This document shows positions 10,554 through 20,190 of a DNA stretch of 64,000 bases, piece after piece. The notes beneath the pieces are model-generated. The model ran no database searches, had not been told where the DNA came from, and saw nothing but the letters and a program-made list of their open reading frames with translations. The position numbers were made by a program, and so were the translations under genes. Every line of letters begins with the position of its first letter. The stretch's first letter is position 1. Origin of the DNA: an uncultured delta proteobacterium (GTDB lineage: Bacteria; Desulfobacterota; Syntrophia; Syntrophales; UBA2192); contig CAVPJD010000014.1 of assembly GCA_963705165.1 (NCBI GenBank), positions 1-64,000 on the forward strand. The letters are read 5' to 3'.

Positions 10554-11774
10554 ATGAGTCAAGATGATCAGACTTACAATCGTTGGATACCCGTTTTCCT
10601 CGGTGTCCTTATTCAGCTATGTTTGGGCTCGGTATACATCTGGGGCGTGTTCCAGCCTGCCGTCGTCAAGATGTTCGGCTGGACCCATGCCACAGCGGCA
10701 CTCACCTTCTCCTTCTGTCTCGGCGTGTTCACCATCGGATCCGTCATCGGCGGCATGTACCAGGACCGGCTCGGCCCCAAGAGAGTTCTCATGGCCTCGG
10801 CGGTCATCCTGTCCATCGGGTTCTGGATGGCGGGCTACACCACGGCCGATAAGCCCTGGTGGCTTTGGCTGTGCTACGGCGTCATCGGCGGCGGCGGCAT
10901 GGGCGCCACCTACCCGACGATCATCGTCACCTGCCAGAAGTGGTTTCCTGACAAGAGAGGTCTGGTCACGGGCATCGTCGTCGCGGCTCTCGGCTTCGGC
11001 GGCCTGATCTTTACCCCGCTTGCCCGGATGTGGGTTGCCGAGTACGGCGTTCTGATTACCTTCCAGATTTTCTCGGTCATTTTCTTCGTCGTCACGATGG
11101 GATGCGGATTCTTCTTCCGGATCCCGCAGCCTGGCTTCGCGCCGGCCGGCTGGAAGCCCTCGGCTGCTGCTGCTGCCGGAATGGCCGCTGTTCCCTACAC
11201 GGCAGGTGAGGCTGCCAAGACCTGGCAGTTCTGGGCCATGGGACTCGTGCTCGGCATGGCCTGCTCCACCGGCCTCATGATCATCCCCTTCGCTAAGGTG
11301 CTCGGCCTCCAGGGCGGCCTTACCGATGCAGTGGCCACCTCGGCCGTCATGGTCATCTCGGCAGCCAATTCCGGCGGCCGCCTGTTCTGGGGCGCCATGT
11401 CGGATAAGCTGGGCCGGACGAAGACCATCCTTCTGCTGCTCCTCATCGCGGGCACCTGCATGCTCTTCCTTGCCGCGGCCAAGGAGTACACGATCCTCGT
11501 TCTCATCTTCGTCATCGCCCTGAGCTACGGCGGGTACCTCGGCGTGTTCCCGGCACTCGTCGCCGACTACTTCGGCACCAAGGCCGCGGGCATGATCTAC
11601 GGCCTGCTTCTGCTGTTCTTCGGTGTGGCCGCCGTCGGCGCGCCGCTGCTGGCCGGCAAGATCAGGGACGCCACGGGCGGGTTCGTGGCCTCCTTCATGA
11701 CCACGGCCATTCTCTCCTTCGTCGCCGCGGTGCTGGTCTTTATGCTTAAACCGCCTGCGAAGAAGAGCTCTTAG
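10554..11774 (+). CDS. OFA-family (oxalate/formate antiporter-like) MFS transporter
   Basis: About 12 hydrophobic segments; LCLGSVYIWGVF, QDRLGPK, KWFPDKRGLVTG, GRLFWGAMSDKLGR. Confidence 0.88.
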   Translation: MSQDDQTYNRWIPVFLGVLIQLCLGSVYIWGVFQPAVVKMFGWTHATAALTFSFCLGVFTIGSVIGGMYQDRLGPKRVLMASAVILSIGFWMAGYTTADKPWWLWLCYGVIGGGGMGATYPTIIVTCQKWFPDKRGLVTGIVVAALGFGGLIFTPLARMWVAEYGVLITFQIFSVIFFVVTMGCGFFFRIPQPGFAPAGWKPSAAAAAGMAAVPYTAGEAAKTWQFWAMGLVLGMACSTGLMIIPFAKVLGLQGGLTDAVATSAVMVISAANSGGRLFWGAMSDKLGRTKTILLLLLIAGTCMLFLAAAKEYTILVLIFVIALSYGGYLGVFPALVADYFGTKAAGMIYGLLLLFFGVAAVGAPLLAGKIRDATGGFVASFMTTAILSFVAAVLVFMLKPPAKKSS

Positions 11775-11819
11775 CCTTGACAGGCGCCTGCCTGTAATGC
11801 GAAGAGGCATCTAGACTCC

Positions 11820-11857
11820 AGAGGGCCCGGGGCGAAAGCCCCGGGCCCTCTTCTTTT
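11820..11857 (+). terminator. Intrinsic terminator
   Basis: AGAGGGCCCGGGGC-GAAA-GCCCCGGGCCCTCT followed by TCTTTT. Confidence 0.85.
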
Positions 11858-12012
11858 CGCCGCCCTTCTCGGAATCCTTGATCATCTCCGTGATTTCAGA
11901 TATCGTACTCTCCGCCTGCGCCGCCCGATCTTCCTTTCGCCGGGGTAGCGGGGCAAAACCCGTTTCGTGGAAAAGCTCCTTTTACGCGAACGGCCGGAGA
12001 GAAGACAGCTTG

Positions 12013-13038
12013 TTGGAAACGAAGATCATCACCCTATCTCCCGCAAATCCTGACCCGGAGGCAATCCGCCTTGCATCCGGGATTCTGCGATCGGGAGGGC
12101 TGGTGGCGTTTCCGACGGAAACCGTCTACGGGCTCGGCGCCGATGCCTTCAACGGCCCCGCGGTAAAAAAAGTATTCGAGGTCAAAGGACGGCCGGCGGA
12201 CAATCCGCTCATTGTCCATATCGCCGCGTACGATCAACTCGCAACGCTCACCGATGAATTGCCCCGGGCCGGAAAGCTGCTGTCCGAATCGTTCTGGCCC
12301 GGACCGCTGACGCTTGTGGTGAACGGATCCAACCGTCTGCCCGATATCGTCACTGCGGGGCTCGATACCGTCGCAATACGGATGCCCGACAACCCCGTGA
12401 CGCTGGAGCTGATCCGAGGGCTCGGCAGCCCGATCGTCGGGCCGAGCGCGAACATTTCGGGAGGACCGAGCCCCACGACGGCCCAGCACGTATACGACGA
12501 TTTGAACGGGAAGATAGACCTCATCCTGGACGCGGGTCCCGCAAGAATCGGTGTCGAATCGACGGTCGTCGATGTGACGTCGCAACCGCCGCTGATTTTG
12601 CGTTTCGGGGGCCTCACTCGCGAACGGATCGAGCAATGCGTCGGTCCCGTGCAGGCCGGCGAGGAGGATAGCCTGCTGAGGCGATCTCCCGGAACCCGTC
12701 ACCGTCACTACGCCCCACGGGCACGGCTCATCCTCGTCGATCAAGGCGATGCCCGGACATTCGAACACCTCTACCGGCTTCATTCGGCGGCCGGAAAGAA
12801 GGTGGGCTTCATCGTCCATTCCATTGCGGTTCCTGCGACGCTGCGAAGCGACGCGGGCAACGTGGTTCCCCCCGGCATCGACCAGTACTCCCGGTTGCTT
12901 TTCCGGATGCTGCGCGAGATGGACAAGCTTGAAACCGACATCATCCTCGTGGAACGCGTGGAAGAGAAAGGGCTGGGTCGGGCAGTCATGGACCGCCTTG
13001 TGCGGGCTTCGAGCAAAGACAGATCCGGCGGTGACTGA
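12013..13038 (+). CDS. sua5: L-threonylcarbamoyladenylate synthase (Sua5/TsaC with C-terminal Sua5 domain); TTG start approximate
   Basis: VAFPTETVYGLGA, KGRPADNPLIVH, PSANISG, GVESTV, HYAPRA. Confidence 0.92.
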   Translation: METKIITLSPANPDPEAIRLASGILRSGGLVAFPTETVYGLGADAFNGPAVKKVFEVKGRPADNPLIVHIAAYDQLATLTDELPRAGKLLSESFWPGPLTLVVNGSNRLPDIVTAGLDTVAIRMPDNPVTLELIRGLGSPIVGPSANISGGPSPTTAQHVYDDLNGKIDLILDAGPARIGVESTVVDVTSQPPLILRFGGLTRERIEQCVGPVQAGEEDSLLRRSPGTRHRHYAPRARLILVDQGDARTFEHLYRLHSAAGKKVGFIVHSIAVPATLRSDAGNVVPPGIDQYSRLLFRMLREMDKLETDIILVERVEEKGLGRAVMDRLVRASSKDRSGGD

Positions 13039-13151
13039 TTCCTTTTTTCGAAAAATTTGATTTACACGACCCTGCCCCTGTGCTATTCCCGCAAAGGGAT
13101 CATCGGCCGGGGAAGCCCAGTCCGGCACAACGACAGCCTGAGGGAAATTCG

Positions 13152-14591
13152 ATGAGAACGGCCCACGACTATTTTCACAGATACCTTTCGGACAACATCC
13201 AGGACACGGACACCCTCGAGCGGATGCATAATGTCATTGCCGAGTTCACGGCCCGGGCGCCGAAGCTCGTCGTCATGAAGTGCATCGACGGGCGGGTGCA
13301 CGGCTGCAAGTCCATGGGCTACCCTCCGACGGCCATCAAGTTCGGGCGGACGGACGGAAACAGGGTGTCCCTCGGCTTGAGCAATTTCTGGTACTGGAAC
13401 CGCCTCGACCGCGCGGTCGAGGACGCCACGTTCAACACCCCCGGGACGCCGGCCGTCTTCATGGCCTACATGCACCGCTCCGCGCGAGGCCTGGGGTGCG
13501 CCGCCCACAAGGACATCGACGAGGCCGCACTGCAGGCCATCGAGGCCCAGATCGCCGGCGTGAAAAAGACCTACCGGGAGACAGAACTCTACGTGATGGG
13601 CGGGTCCACCAACACCGACATCATGGCCGACACGCTAATTTTCCCCGGCGACATCCGGATCGACACCGAGGAGGTCATCCGCTACTGCAACCTGAAGCAG
13701 CCCCGCGACGTCTTCCATGAGTCTTTCCTGGTCAGCCGGATCGACGACGTCGCCACGTCGCGAAACGTGGGCGACAAGACGCCGGGCGAGCTACTCGCCG
13801 GCGTCCGTCCCGAGTTCTTCGGCAACTTCCAGACCTGCCTCAACATGCAGAACTACCTGCTTCGCGTGATCACCACGACGCTCCGGAAGGACAAGGGCGA
13901 CCTGAAGCGGCTCATCCGCCCGGACATCGTGGACTATCTCTCTGTAATCCTCGACCGGGTCGCCCTGGCCGACACGCTCCTGGGCCCCATCGTCTACCAG
14001 ATCATCTGGAACATCACGTACTGCCTGTACAGCATCAATCTCGTCGCCCACCTGACCCCGGAAGAGCTCGAGCTTCGCATCGATCACGCCGAAGAGATCA
14101 TCTGCTACGGAGGCGGCTTCGAGGCCGTGGCGCGCAACAGGGGCATCATGGTCAAGACCGGCCGGGGCGACGACGTGGACGCGCTCAACGTCGCCAAGGC
14201 CGTCCTGGAGAAGAACCGGAAAAAGCACAAGCAGGGCCACGGGCCGCTGCTCCACATCAACATCGTCCTGAGCGGCGAGTTGGTGCGCTGGGACGACTTC
14301 AACGACAACATCGGCTCGCGCATTCTCACCATGCTGAGAAATGTCGATCATGTCTTCGACAGGGACGTCTCCGTCCTCACCTCCTACTCCTACCGGGACC
14401 AGCTGCGGTTCTACCCCGTGAAGGTTTCGAAGAACGACCCGCGTCTGACATTCCAGGCCGACGTGACCTCCGAGGTCAACAACTCCATGAAATTCAGCAA
14501 CATGGCCCTGAAGGCCCAGGAAGCCATCTACGTGGCGAAGTTCATCGAGAGCAGCGAGCGGCTCTATCGCGACTACTACCATCTCTTCTAG
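13152..14591 (+). CDS. CsoSCA-like (beta-class) carbonic anhydrase
   Basis: C44-x-D46-G-R48, H108-x-S...GC116AAH and a C-terminal HAE..I..G.GF motif, as in carboxysome shell carbonic anhydrases. Confidence 0.65.
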   Translation: MRTAHDYFHRYLSDNIQDTDTLERMHNVIAEFTARAPKLVVMKCIDGRVHGCKSMGYPPTAIKFGRTDGNRVSLGLSNFWYWNRLDRAVEDATFNTPGTPAVFMAYMHRSARGLGCAAHKDIDEAALQAIEAQIAGVKKTYRETELYVMGGSTNTDIMADTLIFPGDIRIDTEEVIRYCNLKQPRDVFHESFLVSRIDDVATSRNVGDKTPGELLAGVRPEFFGNFQTCLNMQNYLLRVITTTLRKDKGDLKRLIRPDIVDYLSVILDRVALADTLLGPIVYQIIWNITYCLYSINLVAHLTPEELELRIDHAEEIICYGGGFEAVARNRGIMVKTGRGDDVDALNVAKAVLEKNRKKHKQGHGPLLHINIVLSGELVRWDDFNDNIGSRILTMLRNVDHVFDRDVSVLTSYSYRDQLRFYPVKVSKNDPRLTFQADVTSEVNNSMKFSNMALKAQEAIYVAKFIESSERLYRDYYHLF

Positions 14592-14626
14592 CAGGGTGTT
14601 AGGGTGTTGAAGAACACCTTGTCACT

Positions 14627-14751
14627 CAGGCTGTTCAAAAATGATTAGATGCAAGGCGCGCAAATCCTGAGGAATGAGGCGTACTTTCGCGTACGCCGCA
14701 GTGACGAAGGATGCAGCGCAACGCAGCAGATAAGCGTTTTTCAACAGCCTG
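14627..14751. mobile_element. MITE-like element, about 125 bp
   Basis: Terminal inverted repeats CAGGCTGTTCAAAAA / TTTTTCAACAGCCTG, CTAG on the right, no coding capacity. Confidence 0.75.
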
Positions 14752-14834
14752 CTAGTAATGGTCTTCCCGCCCTCATGGGCGGGAAGCATTTCTTTTTCTC
14801 CCCGCCTCCCCGGCGATCAATTCTGCATAATCCG

Positions 14835-14937
14835 GTGTATAATTTATTAACACTCGGCCAGTTTGTAACCACTATACATCACTGACTATTTCCTGACGCT
14901 CTCCAAGACAACCAAGAAGTGTATAAATAATTAACAC
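14835..14937. promoter_or_regulatory. Two near-identical enhancer-like boxes GTGTATAAwTwATTAACAC
   Basis: 14835-14853 and 14919-14937, 84 bp apart, GTGT-N11-ACAC dyad. Confidence 0.65.
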
Positions 14938-15047
14938 ATCCGCATTTTCTGCACTTCCGCTCCCTTCCTCCCCATGCCTGATAAATACTCAACTCTCTGT
15001 AATCATTGATTATATTTAAATTTATCCTCCCGCCTTTTCTGTTATTT

Positions 15048-15063
15048 TGGCATGCTACTTGAA
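15048..15063 (+). promoter_or_regulatory. Putative sigma54 (-24/-12) promoter
   Basis: TGGCATGCTACTTGAA versus consensus TGGCAC-N5-TTGC; non-canonical -12 (GA). Confidence 0.55.
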
Positions 15064-15130
15064 CAGGGAAGCGGTGCCAGATGGCACGAATCAGTCATAC
15101 TATATAAGGATAAGGATACGAGGAGGCAGC

Positions 15131-16459
15131 ATGTCACAAGCGGTAAAGAACAAAGGATGGACCGTCGCATTGGCCGGCATCGGAATCAACCTTGCCCTAG
15201 GAATTCTCTACACCTGGAGCATCTTTCAGGGCGCAATCAAGCAATCCATCGAGAAGGGCGGAGAAGGGGCCTTCAACTGGAACCTGGCATCGCTGAACGA
15301 CCCCTACGCGGTCTGCTGTCTGATGTTTGCCTTCTCCATGATTCCCGCCGGAAAATGCCAGGACAAATTCGGGCCCAGGCTGACGGCCTTCATCGGCGCC
15401 GTCCTGGTCGGTGTCGGACTGCTCTGGATATCCCAGACGACTGACTACCTCAGCTGGGTCCTCGGCTTCGGCGTTCTGACGGGATCCGGCATCGGATTCG
15501 GCTACTCCGCCGCGACCCCGCCGGCGCTGAAATGGTTCCCCGCGGAAAAGACCGGCCTGATCGCAGGACTGGTCGTGGCGGGTTTCGGCCTGGCTTCCGT
15601 CTACATCGCCCCCCTGTCCTCCTATCTCGTGGGAGTCTGGGGCCTGCAGAAAGCCATGATGTTCTTCGGCGTGTCGTTCTTCATCGTCGTGGCCTCGTTC
15701 TCCATGCTGCTCATGAACCCCCCGAAGGGGTTCGTGCCCGGGGGAAGCGCGGCCGCGACAAGCCAGGCCAAGAAGGCCGCCCAGACCGACGCCCTTCCGT
15801 CCGAAGTGATCCGGACCCCCGTGTTCTGGAAACTCTGGTTCATCTTCTTCATCGGCGCCGGTGTCGGACTGATGGTGATCGGAAGCGTGGCCGGCATGGC
15901 GAAGAAGAGCATGGGCGAGGCGGCGTTCCTGGCCGTTGCCATCATGGCCATCGGCAATGCCGGCGGACGTGTCGTCGCGGGAATCGTGTCGGACAAGATC
16001 GGCCGCAATGCAACGCTCGCCACGATGCTCGCCCTGCAGGCCATCCTGATGCTCATCGCCATCCCCACCGTGGGGTCGCAGGGAACGGGCCCGCTCATGA
16101 TCGTGCTGCTCGCCACGTTCATCGGCTTCAATTACGGGACGAACCTCGCCCTCTTCCCCTCCTACGCGAAGACGTGGTGGGGCCTGAAGTCCTTCGGCGT
16201 CAACTACGGTATCCTCTTCACGTCCTGGGGCCTGGGCGGGTTCATCCTGACGAGGGTCTCCCAGATGCTGTATACGCAGACGGGCACGTTCACCTACTCC
16301 TTCGTGACGGCGGCCGTGCTGCTCGCGGTCGGCGCCGCGGTGACGCTGACCCTGAAGGCTCCGGAGCCTGCCTCGGTTCCCGAGGCGAGGTTCGAGCCCG
16401 CGCTGGGTTTTGCCATGGCGGACGGTGGTGAGAAGATCGAGAAGGACAAGACCAAGTAA
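15131..16459 (+). CDS. OFA-family MFS transporter (second copy)
   Basis: INLALGILYTWSIF, QDKFGPR, KWFPAEKTGLIAG, GRVVAGIVSDKIGR, GVNYG; RBS AGGAGG. Confidence 0.9.
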   Translation: MSQAVKNKGWTVALAGIGINLALGILYTWSIFQGAIKQSIEKGGEGAFNWNLASLNDPYAVCCLMFAFSMIPAGKCQDKFGPRLTAFIGAVLVGVGLLWISQTTDYLSWVLGFGVLTGSGIGFGYSAATPPALKWFPAEKTGLIAGLVVAGFGLASVYIAPLSSYLVGVWGLQKAMMFFGVSFFIVVASFSMLLMNPPKGFVPGGSAAATSQAKKAAQTDALPSEVIRTPVFWKLWFIFFIGAGVGLMVIGSVAGMAKKSMGEAAFLAVAIMAIGNAGGRVVAGIVSDKIGRNATLATMLALQAILMLIAIPTVGSQGTGPLMIVLLATFIGFNYGTNLALFPSYAKTWWGLKSFGVNYGILFTSWGLGGFILTRVSQMLYTQTGTFTYSFVTAAVLLAVGAAVTLTLKAPEPASVPEARFEPALGFAMADGGEKIEKDKTK

Positions 16460-16484
16460 GACACTCGAACTCAGTCATAACCCT

Positions 16485-17105
16485 TTAGACGATAGGGGGA
16501 ACGTCGTAACTCTTCACGGCGTTCCCCCTGTCCGTTTTCACGGCCTCTGCCTTGCCCTGGCGACGACAGGCGGCCACATTCGCCCGGATCTTCCCCATGC
16601 AGGCATCGCAGAATTCGACCGACTTCTGATCGATGTCCTCGACGTAGGTGGACGACTTCAGCACGCAGCGCGGCTCGTAGCAGTGGATCAGCCCGAAGGT
16701 GTGCCCCAGCTCGTGCACGGCCTCTTTCAGCAGCCGCTCCAGCATCAGGTGCTTGTCTGCAGGCAGCCCGTAGAATTCATTGTGCAGCCGGTACAGGGAG
16801 GCGACCGAGCCCGCCCCGTTGAGTTGGGCTTCGCCGAAGACGAACGTGAGGATCGGGATGAAGAGGTCGACCTCGGCAACCCCCAGGACCCTGCATCCGT
16901 CGGGGGGAAGGGCGGCGATCAGCTGGCGGAGGATTTCGGCGGAGTCGTACTGCCTGCGCCGCGCGTCGTACGCCCTGGAGAGGTCGATGTCGAACAGACG
17001 GTACCGGGTTTTCAGCCCGAACGTCCGCATGATGGCGTGTGCCAGCGGATCGATCCAGAAGTCGCCCTTCATGCTTCCGACGGGCACGATGTAGACGTAA
17101 TTCAT
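16485..17105 (-). CDS. Archaemetzincin-family Zn metalloprotease
   Basis: LTFVFGEAQL, KEAVHELGHTFGLIHC...C.L...FCDAC. Confidence 0.9.
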   Translation of the reverse strand: MNYVYIVPVGSMKGDFWIDPLAHAIMRTFGLKTRYRLFDIDLSRAYDARRRQYDSAEILRQLIAALPPDGCRVLGVAEVDLFIPILTFVFGEAQLNGAGSVASLYRLHNEFYGLPADKHLMLERLLKEAVHELGHTFGLIHCYEPRCVLKSSTYVEDIDQKSVEFCDACMGKIRANVAACRRQGKAEAVKTDRGNAVKSYDVPPIV

Positions 17106-17117
17106 GGGGACAGTCTT

Positions 17118-18473
17118 TCAGGACTCCTTCTTTTTGAGTTGGAACTTCTCGATCTTGTTGTACAGGGTCAGGCGGCTGATCTTCAAAATCTGCGCCGCCT
17201 GGGCGACGTTTCCGTTTGTGCGGTCGAGGATGTTCCGGATGTGCTTCTTCTCCACATCCTCAAGGGAATCGTCCCCGAAGAAGTCCGACGAGGAGGACGA
17301 GAAGGGAAACGAGAGCTCGTCCGCCTCGATGCGCCTTCCCTTCGCCGTGACCATGGCGCGCTCGACGACGTTGCGAAGCTCCCGGACGTTTCCCGGCCAT
17401 TCGTATTTCGTCAGCATCTCCAGCGCGTTCGGCGAGAACTCCGTCACATTCTTGTTCATCGATTGCGCAAACTTAAGCATAAAATGCTGCGCGATGAGGG
17501 GGATGTCTGATGATCGCTCGCGAAGAGGCGGCAAGATGATGCTGAACACATTGAGGCGATAGTACAGGTCCTCCCGGAACGATCCTTCCCGGACGGCCTT
17601 CTCCAGGTCCTTGTTGGTCGCGCATATGATCCGGAAATCGACGTTGAGCATCTTGTCGCCGCCCAGGCGCGTGAACTGCCTCGTCTCGATCACGCGCAGC
17701 AGGTCCATCTGCATCTTCTCCCCGATGTTCCCGATCTCGTCCAGGAACACCGTCCCCTTGTCGGCCATTTCCAGCCGGCCCCTCCTCTGGTACAGGGCGC
17801 CGGTAAAGGCCCCCTTCTCGTGGCCGAACAGTTCGCTTTCGAGGAGGCCCTCGGCATAAGCCCCGCAGTTGATCGTGACGATCGGGAAATATCTCCGGTT
17901 GCTGCTGCTGTGAATGGCCCGCGCGACCAGTTCCTTCCCCGTTCCGCTCTCACCCCGGATCATCGCCGTCGAATCGGTCTCGGCAACAGCAGCCACCCGC
18001 TGCATGACCTGCTTGAGCGCCTGGCTCTCACCGATGATCTTGTCGGGCGAGGAGATCTCCTCGATCTGGCGGCGCAGCCGCAGGTTCTCCGAGAGCAGCC
18101 TCCGGTGGTCGATGGCGTTGCGGATGAGGTGACTCATGTCGTCGGGATCGATGGGCTTGACGATGTAGTCGAAGGCGCCCTCCTTCAGGGCCTGGATGCT
18201 CGTGTCGACGGACGCAAAGGCGGTGATCATGATCGTCACCACGTCCTTGTCGATCTGCTTGATCCGCCGCTGAAGCTCCAGCCCGTCCATCCCCGGCATC
18301 TTGATGTCCAGAAAGATGATGTCCCAGGACTGCTCCTGCAGCTTCTTGAGCGCCTCGACGGCGTCCGGGGCCGTGTCGACCCGGTACCCGTCGATCTGGA
18401 ACCACTTGCACAGGGACTCCCGCACCGCGGTTTCATCGTCCACAATGAGGATCGCCGTATCTTCCGGTTTCAT
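17118..18473 (-). CDS. Sigma54-dependent response regulator (NtrC family)
   Basis: REC domain, GESGTGKE, ESELFGHEKGAFTGA, WPGNVREL, Fis-type HTH. Confidence 0.96.
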   Translation of the reverse strand: MKPEDTAILIVDDETAVRESLCKWFQIDGYRVDTAPDAVEALKKLQEQSWDIIFLDIKMPGMDGLELQRRIKQIDKDVVTIMITAFASVDTSIQALKEGAFDYIVKPIDPDDMSHLIRNAIDHRRLLSENLRLRRQIEEISSPDKIIGESQALKQVMQRVAAVAETDSTAMIRGESGTGKELVARAIHSSSNRRYFPIVTINCGAYAEGLLESELFGHEKGAFTGALYQRRGRLEMADKGTVFLDEIGNIGEKMQMDLLRVIETRQFTRLGGDKMLNVDFRIICATNKDLEKAVREGSFREDLYYRLNVFSIILPPLRERSSDIPLIAQHFMLKFAQSMNKNVTEFSPNALEMLTKYEWPGNVRELRNVVERAMVTAKGRRIEADELSFPFSSSSSDFFGDDSLEDVEKKHIRNILDRTNGNVAQAAQILKISRLTLYNKIEKFQLKKKES

Positions 18474-18485
18474 CGAGCATCTCCT

Positions 18486-19940
18486 TTACAGTGTCAGGGT
18501 TCGGGTGGAGGGGTGTTTCCGCGGCAGCGTGATCGTGAACATCGCCCCCTCCCTGGGCCGGGAGTCCACGACGATCTCCCCGAAATGATTCTTGACGATG
18601 CCGTACACGACCGACAGCCCGAGGCCGAGGCTCTTGTCCGAATCCCGGGTGGAGAAGAACGGCTCGAAGATGTGCGGCATCACCTCCGGGCGAATGCCCT
18701 CTCCGTAATCCTTCACCATGATCTTGACGTGATCGCGGGCATGGTAATCCGTGGCGATGAGGATCTTTCCGCCTGCGGACGACGACTCGACGGCGTTTGC
18801 GACCAGCGCGACGATGATCTGCTGCAGGGCGCCGGCGTCGCACTCGACATCGTCTTCCCCTGCATCCAGCACCGTGTGCATCTCCATGCCTTTCAGCTTC
18901 GCCGTGTGGCCCATCACCTTGGTGCTGACCTCGATGATCTCGTTGAGGCGCTCGGCCCTGATCCTGCCGGTCTTTCTGCGTGCGAACACGAGAAGGTTCT
19001 TCGCGATGTCGCCGCAGCGCTTGGCCTCGGAAGCGATGAAGGAGAGGTTCTCCCTGACCGCATCGAGCGTCTGCTGGGTGATTTCCCCGGCCTTCAGGTA
19101 TTTCGTCGAGAGCCGGGCGTAGGACAGGATCCCCGAGAGGGGGTTGTTGATCTCGTGAGCGACGGTTGTCGACAGCCGCCCGAGGGAGGCCATCTTCTCC
19201 TGCAGCGAGAGGTTCGACAGGGTCTCCTTCAGCTCCCTTTCGACCATCAGCTGCTGCTGGTGGGCGATGAAGCTGGTGCGGATGACGACGAAGAACAGAA
19301 GACCCATGATGAGAAGGATGATCATGCAGACCACGATGACTTCCCGCGTGATGATCTCCACCTCGGCCCGGATGCTGTCGACGTAGATGCCGGTGCCGAT
19401 GATCCAGCCCCACGGGGCGAATCCCTTCACGTAGGAGATTTTCGGCAGGATGAGCGCTTCGTTTTCCCGCGACGGCCACATGTAGTCGACATAGCCGGAC
19501 CCGCTGCGTTTCACCACATCGACGAATTCGACGAAGACGAGTTTGCCGACGGGGTCCGCATAGTCCCGCAGATCTTTCCCGATGAGGTCGGTCCGGTACG
19601 GATGGATCACCAGCCGCGGATGCATGTCGTTGATCCAGAAATACTCCGCCATCTGCTGGCCGTAGTGCATGTTTCGTATCTGCTCAACGGCCTGTCTTTG
19701 GGCCTCTTCCCGGGTGAGCCGCCCTTCCCGTTCATCGTGTTCGAACTTGGCAAGGATGTTCCAGGCCGAATTGGTAAGCTCGCGGATCATCTCCCGCTTG
19801 TGGTCCATGCTGTTTTTTTCAATGGCGGGAATGAAGAGGATAAAGATGGCGGACACGAACAGGGCAACGCACAGCAGGGTCGGAAGGATAATCCGGATGA
19901 TAAAGGCTTCCCACTGGACGGATATGTGTTGACTGAACAT
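18486..19940 (-). CDS. Membrane histidine kinase with single Cache sensor domain
   Basis: Two TMs flanking YFWIND...HPY...KISYV..F.PWGWIIGTGIY; AHEINNP H-box; FEPFFST, GLGLS. Confidence 0.93.
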   Translation of the reverse strand: MFSQHISVQWEAFIIRIILPTLLCVALFVSAIFILFIPAIEKNSMDHKREMIRELTNSAWNILAKFEHDEREGRLTREEAQRQAVEQIRNMHYGQQMAEYFWINDMHPRLVIHPYRTDLIGKDLRDYADPVGKLVFVEFVDVVKRSGSGYVDYMWPSRENEALILPKISYVKGFAPWGWIIGTGIYVDSIRAEVEIITREVIVVCMIILLIMGLLFFVVIRTSFIAHQQQLMVERELKETLSNLSLQEKMASLGRLSTTVAHEINNPLSGILSYARLSTKYLKAGEITQQTLDAVRENLSFIASEAKRCGDIAKNLLVFARRKTGRIRAERLNEIIEVSTKVMGHTAKLKGMEMHTVLDAGEDDVECDAGALQQIIVALVANAVESSSAGGKILIATDYHARDHVKIMVKDYGEGIRPEVMPHIFEPFFSTRDSDKSLGLGLSVVYGIVKNHFGEIVVDSRPREGAMFTITLPRKHPSTRTLTL

Positions 19941-20127
19941 CAGCGATGATTCACACTTGCAAGAGGATGCGATGAACGAAAATTGCTGTAATTCAGACCT
20001 TATACAGAGCCTCCCCCTGTGTCAACACTATTTTTCCCTGAAATGGTTTGTGGCAAAACCGGATTTGTGAGATAAGAGCTGGCGTAAGGAATAAGGCAAA
20101 GGGCAAATGAAAAATCGGGTAGAGGTA

Positions 20128-20190
20128 TAGCCTTTAGCCTTTAGCCTTTAGCCTTTAGCCTTTAGCCTTTAGCCTTTAGCCTTTAGCCTT
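20128..20190. repeat. Perfect heptamer tandem repeat (TAGCCTT)x9
   Basis: Nine exact copies, then degenerate copies to about 20210; degenerate inverted TAAGGCA-like units at 20085-20105. Confidence 0.95.

Noticed and set aside
11940..12000. GGCAAAACCC...GAAA segment as a c-di-GMP-I riboswitch
   Set aside because: Second stem and conserved spacing could not be identified
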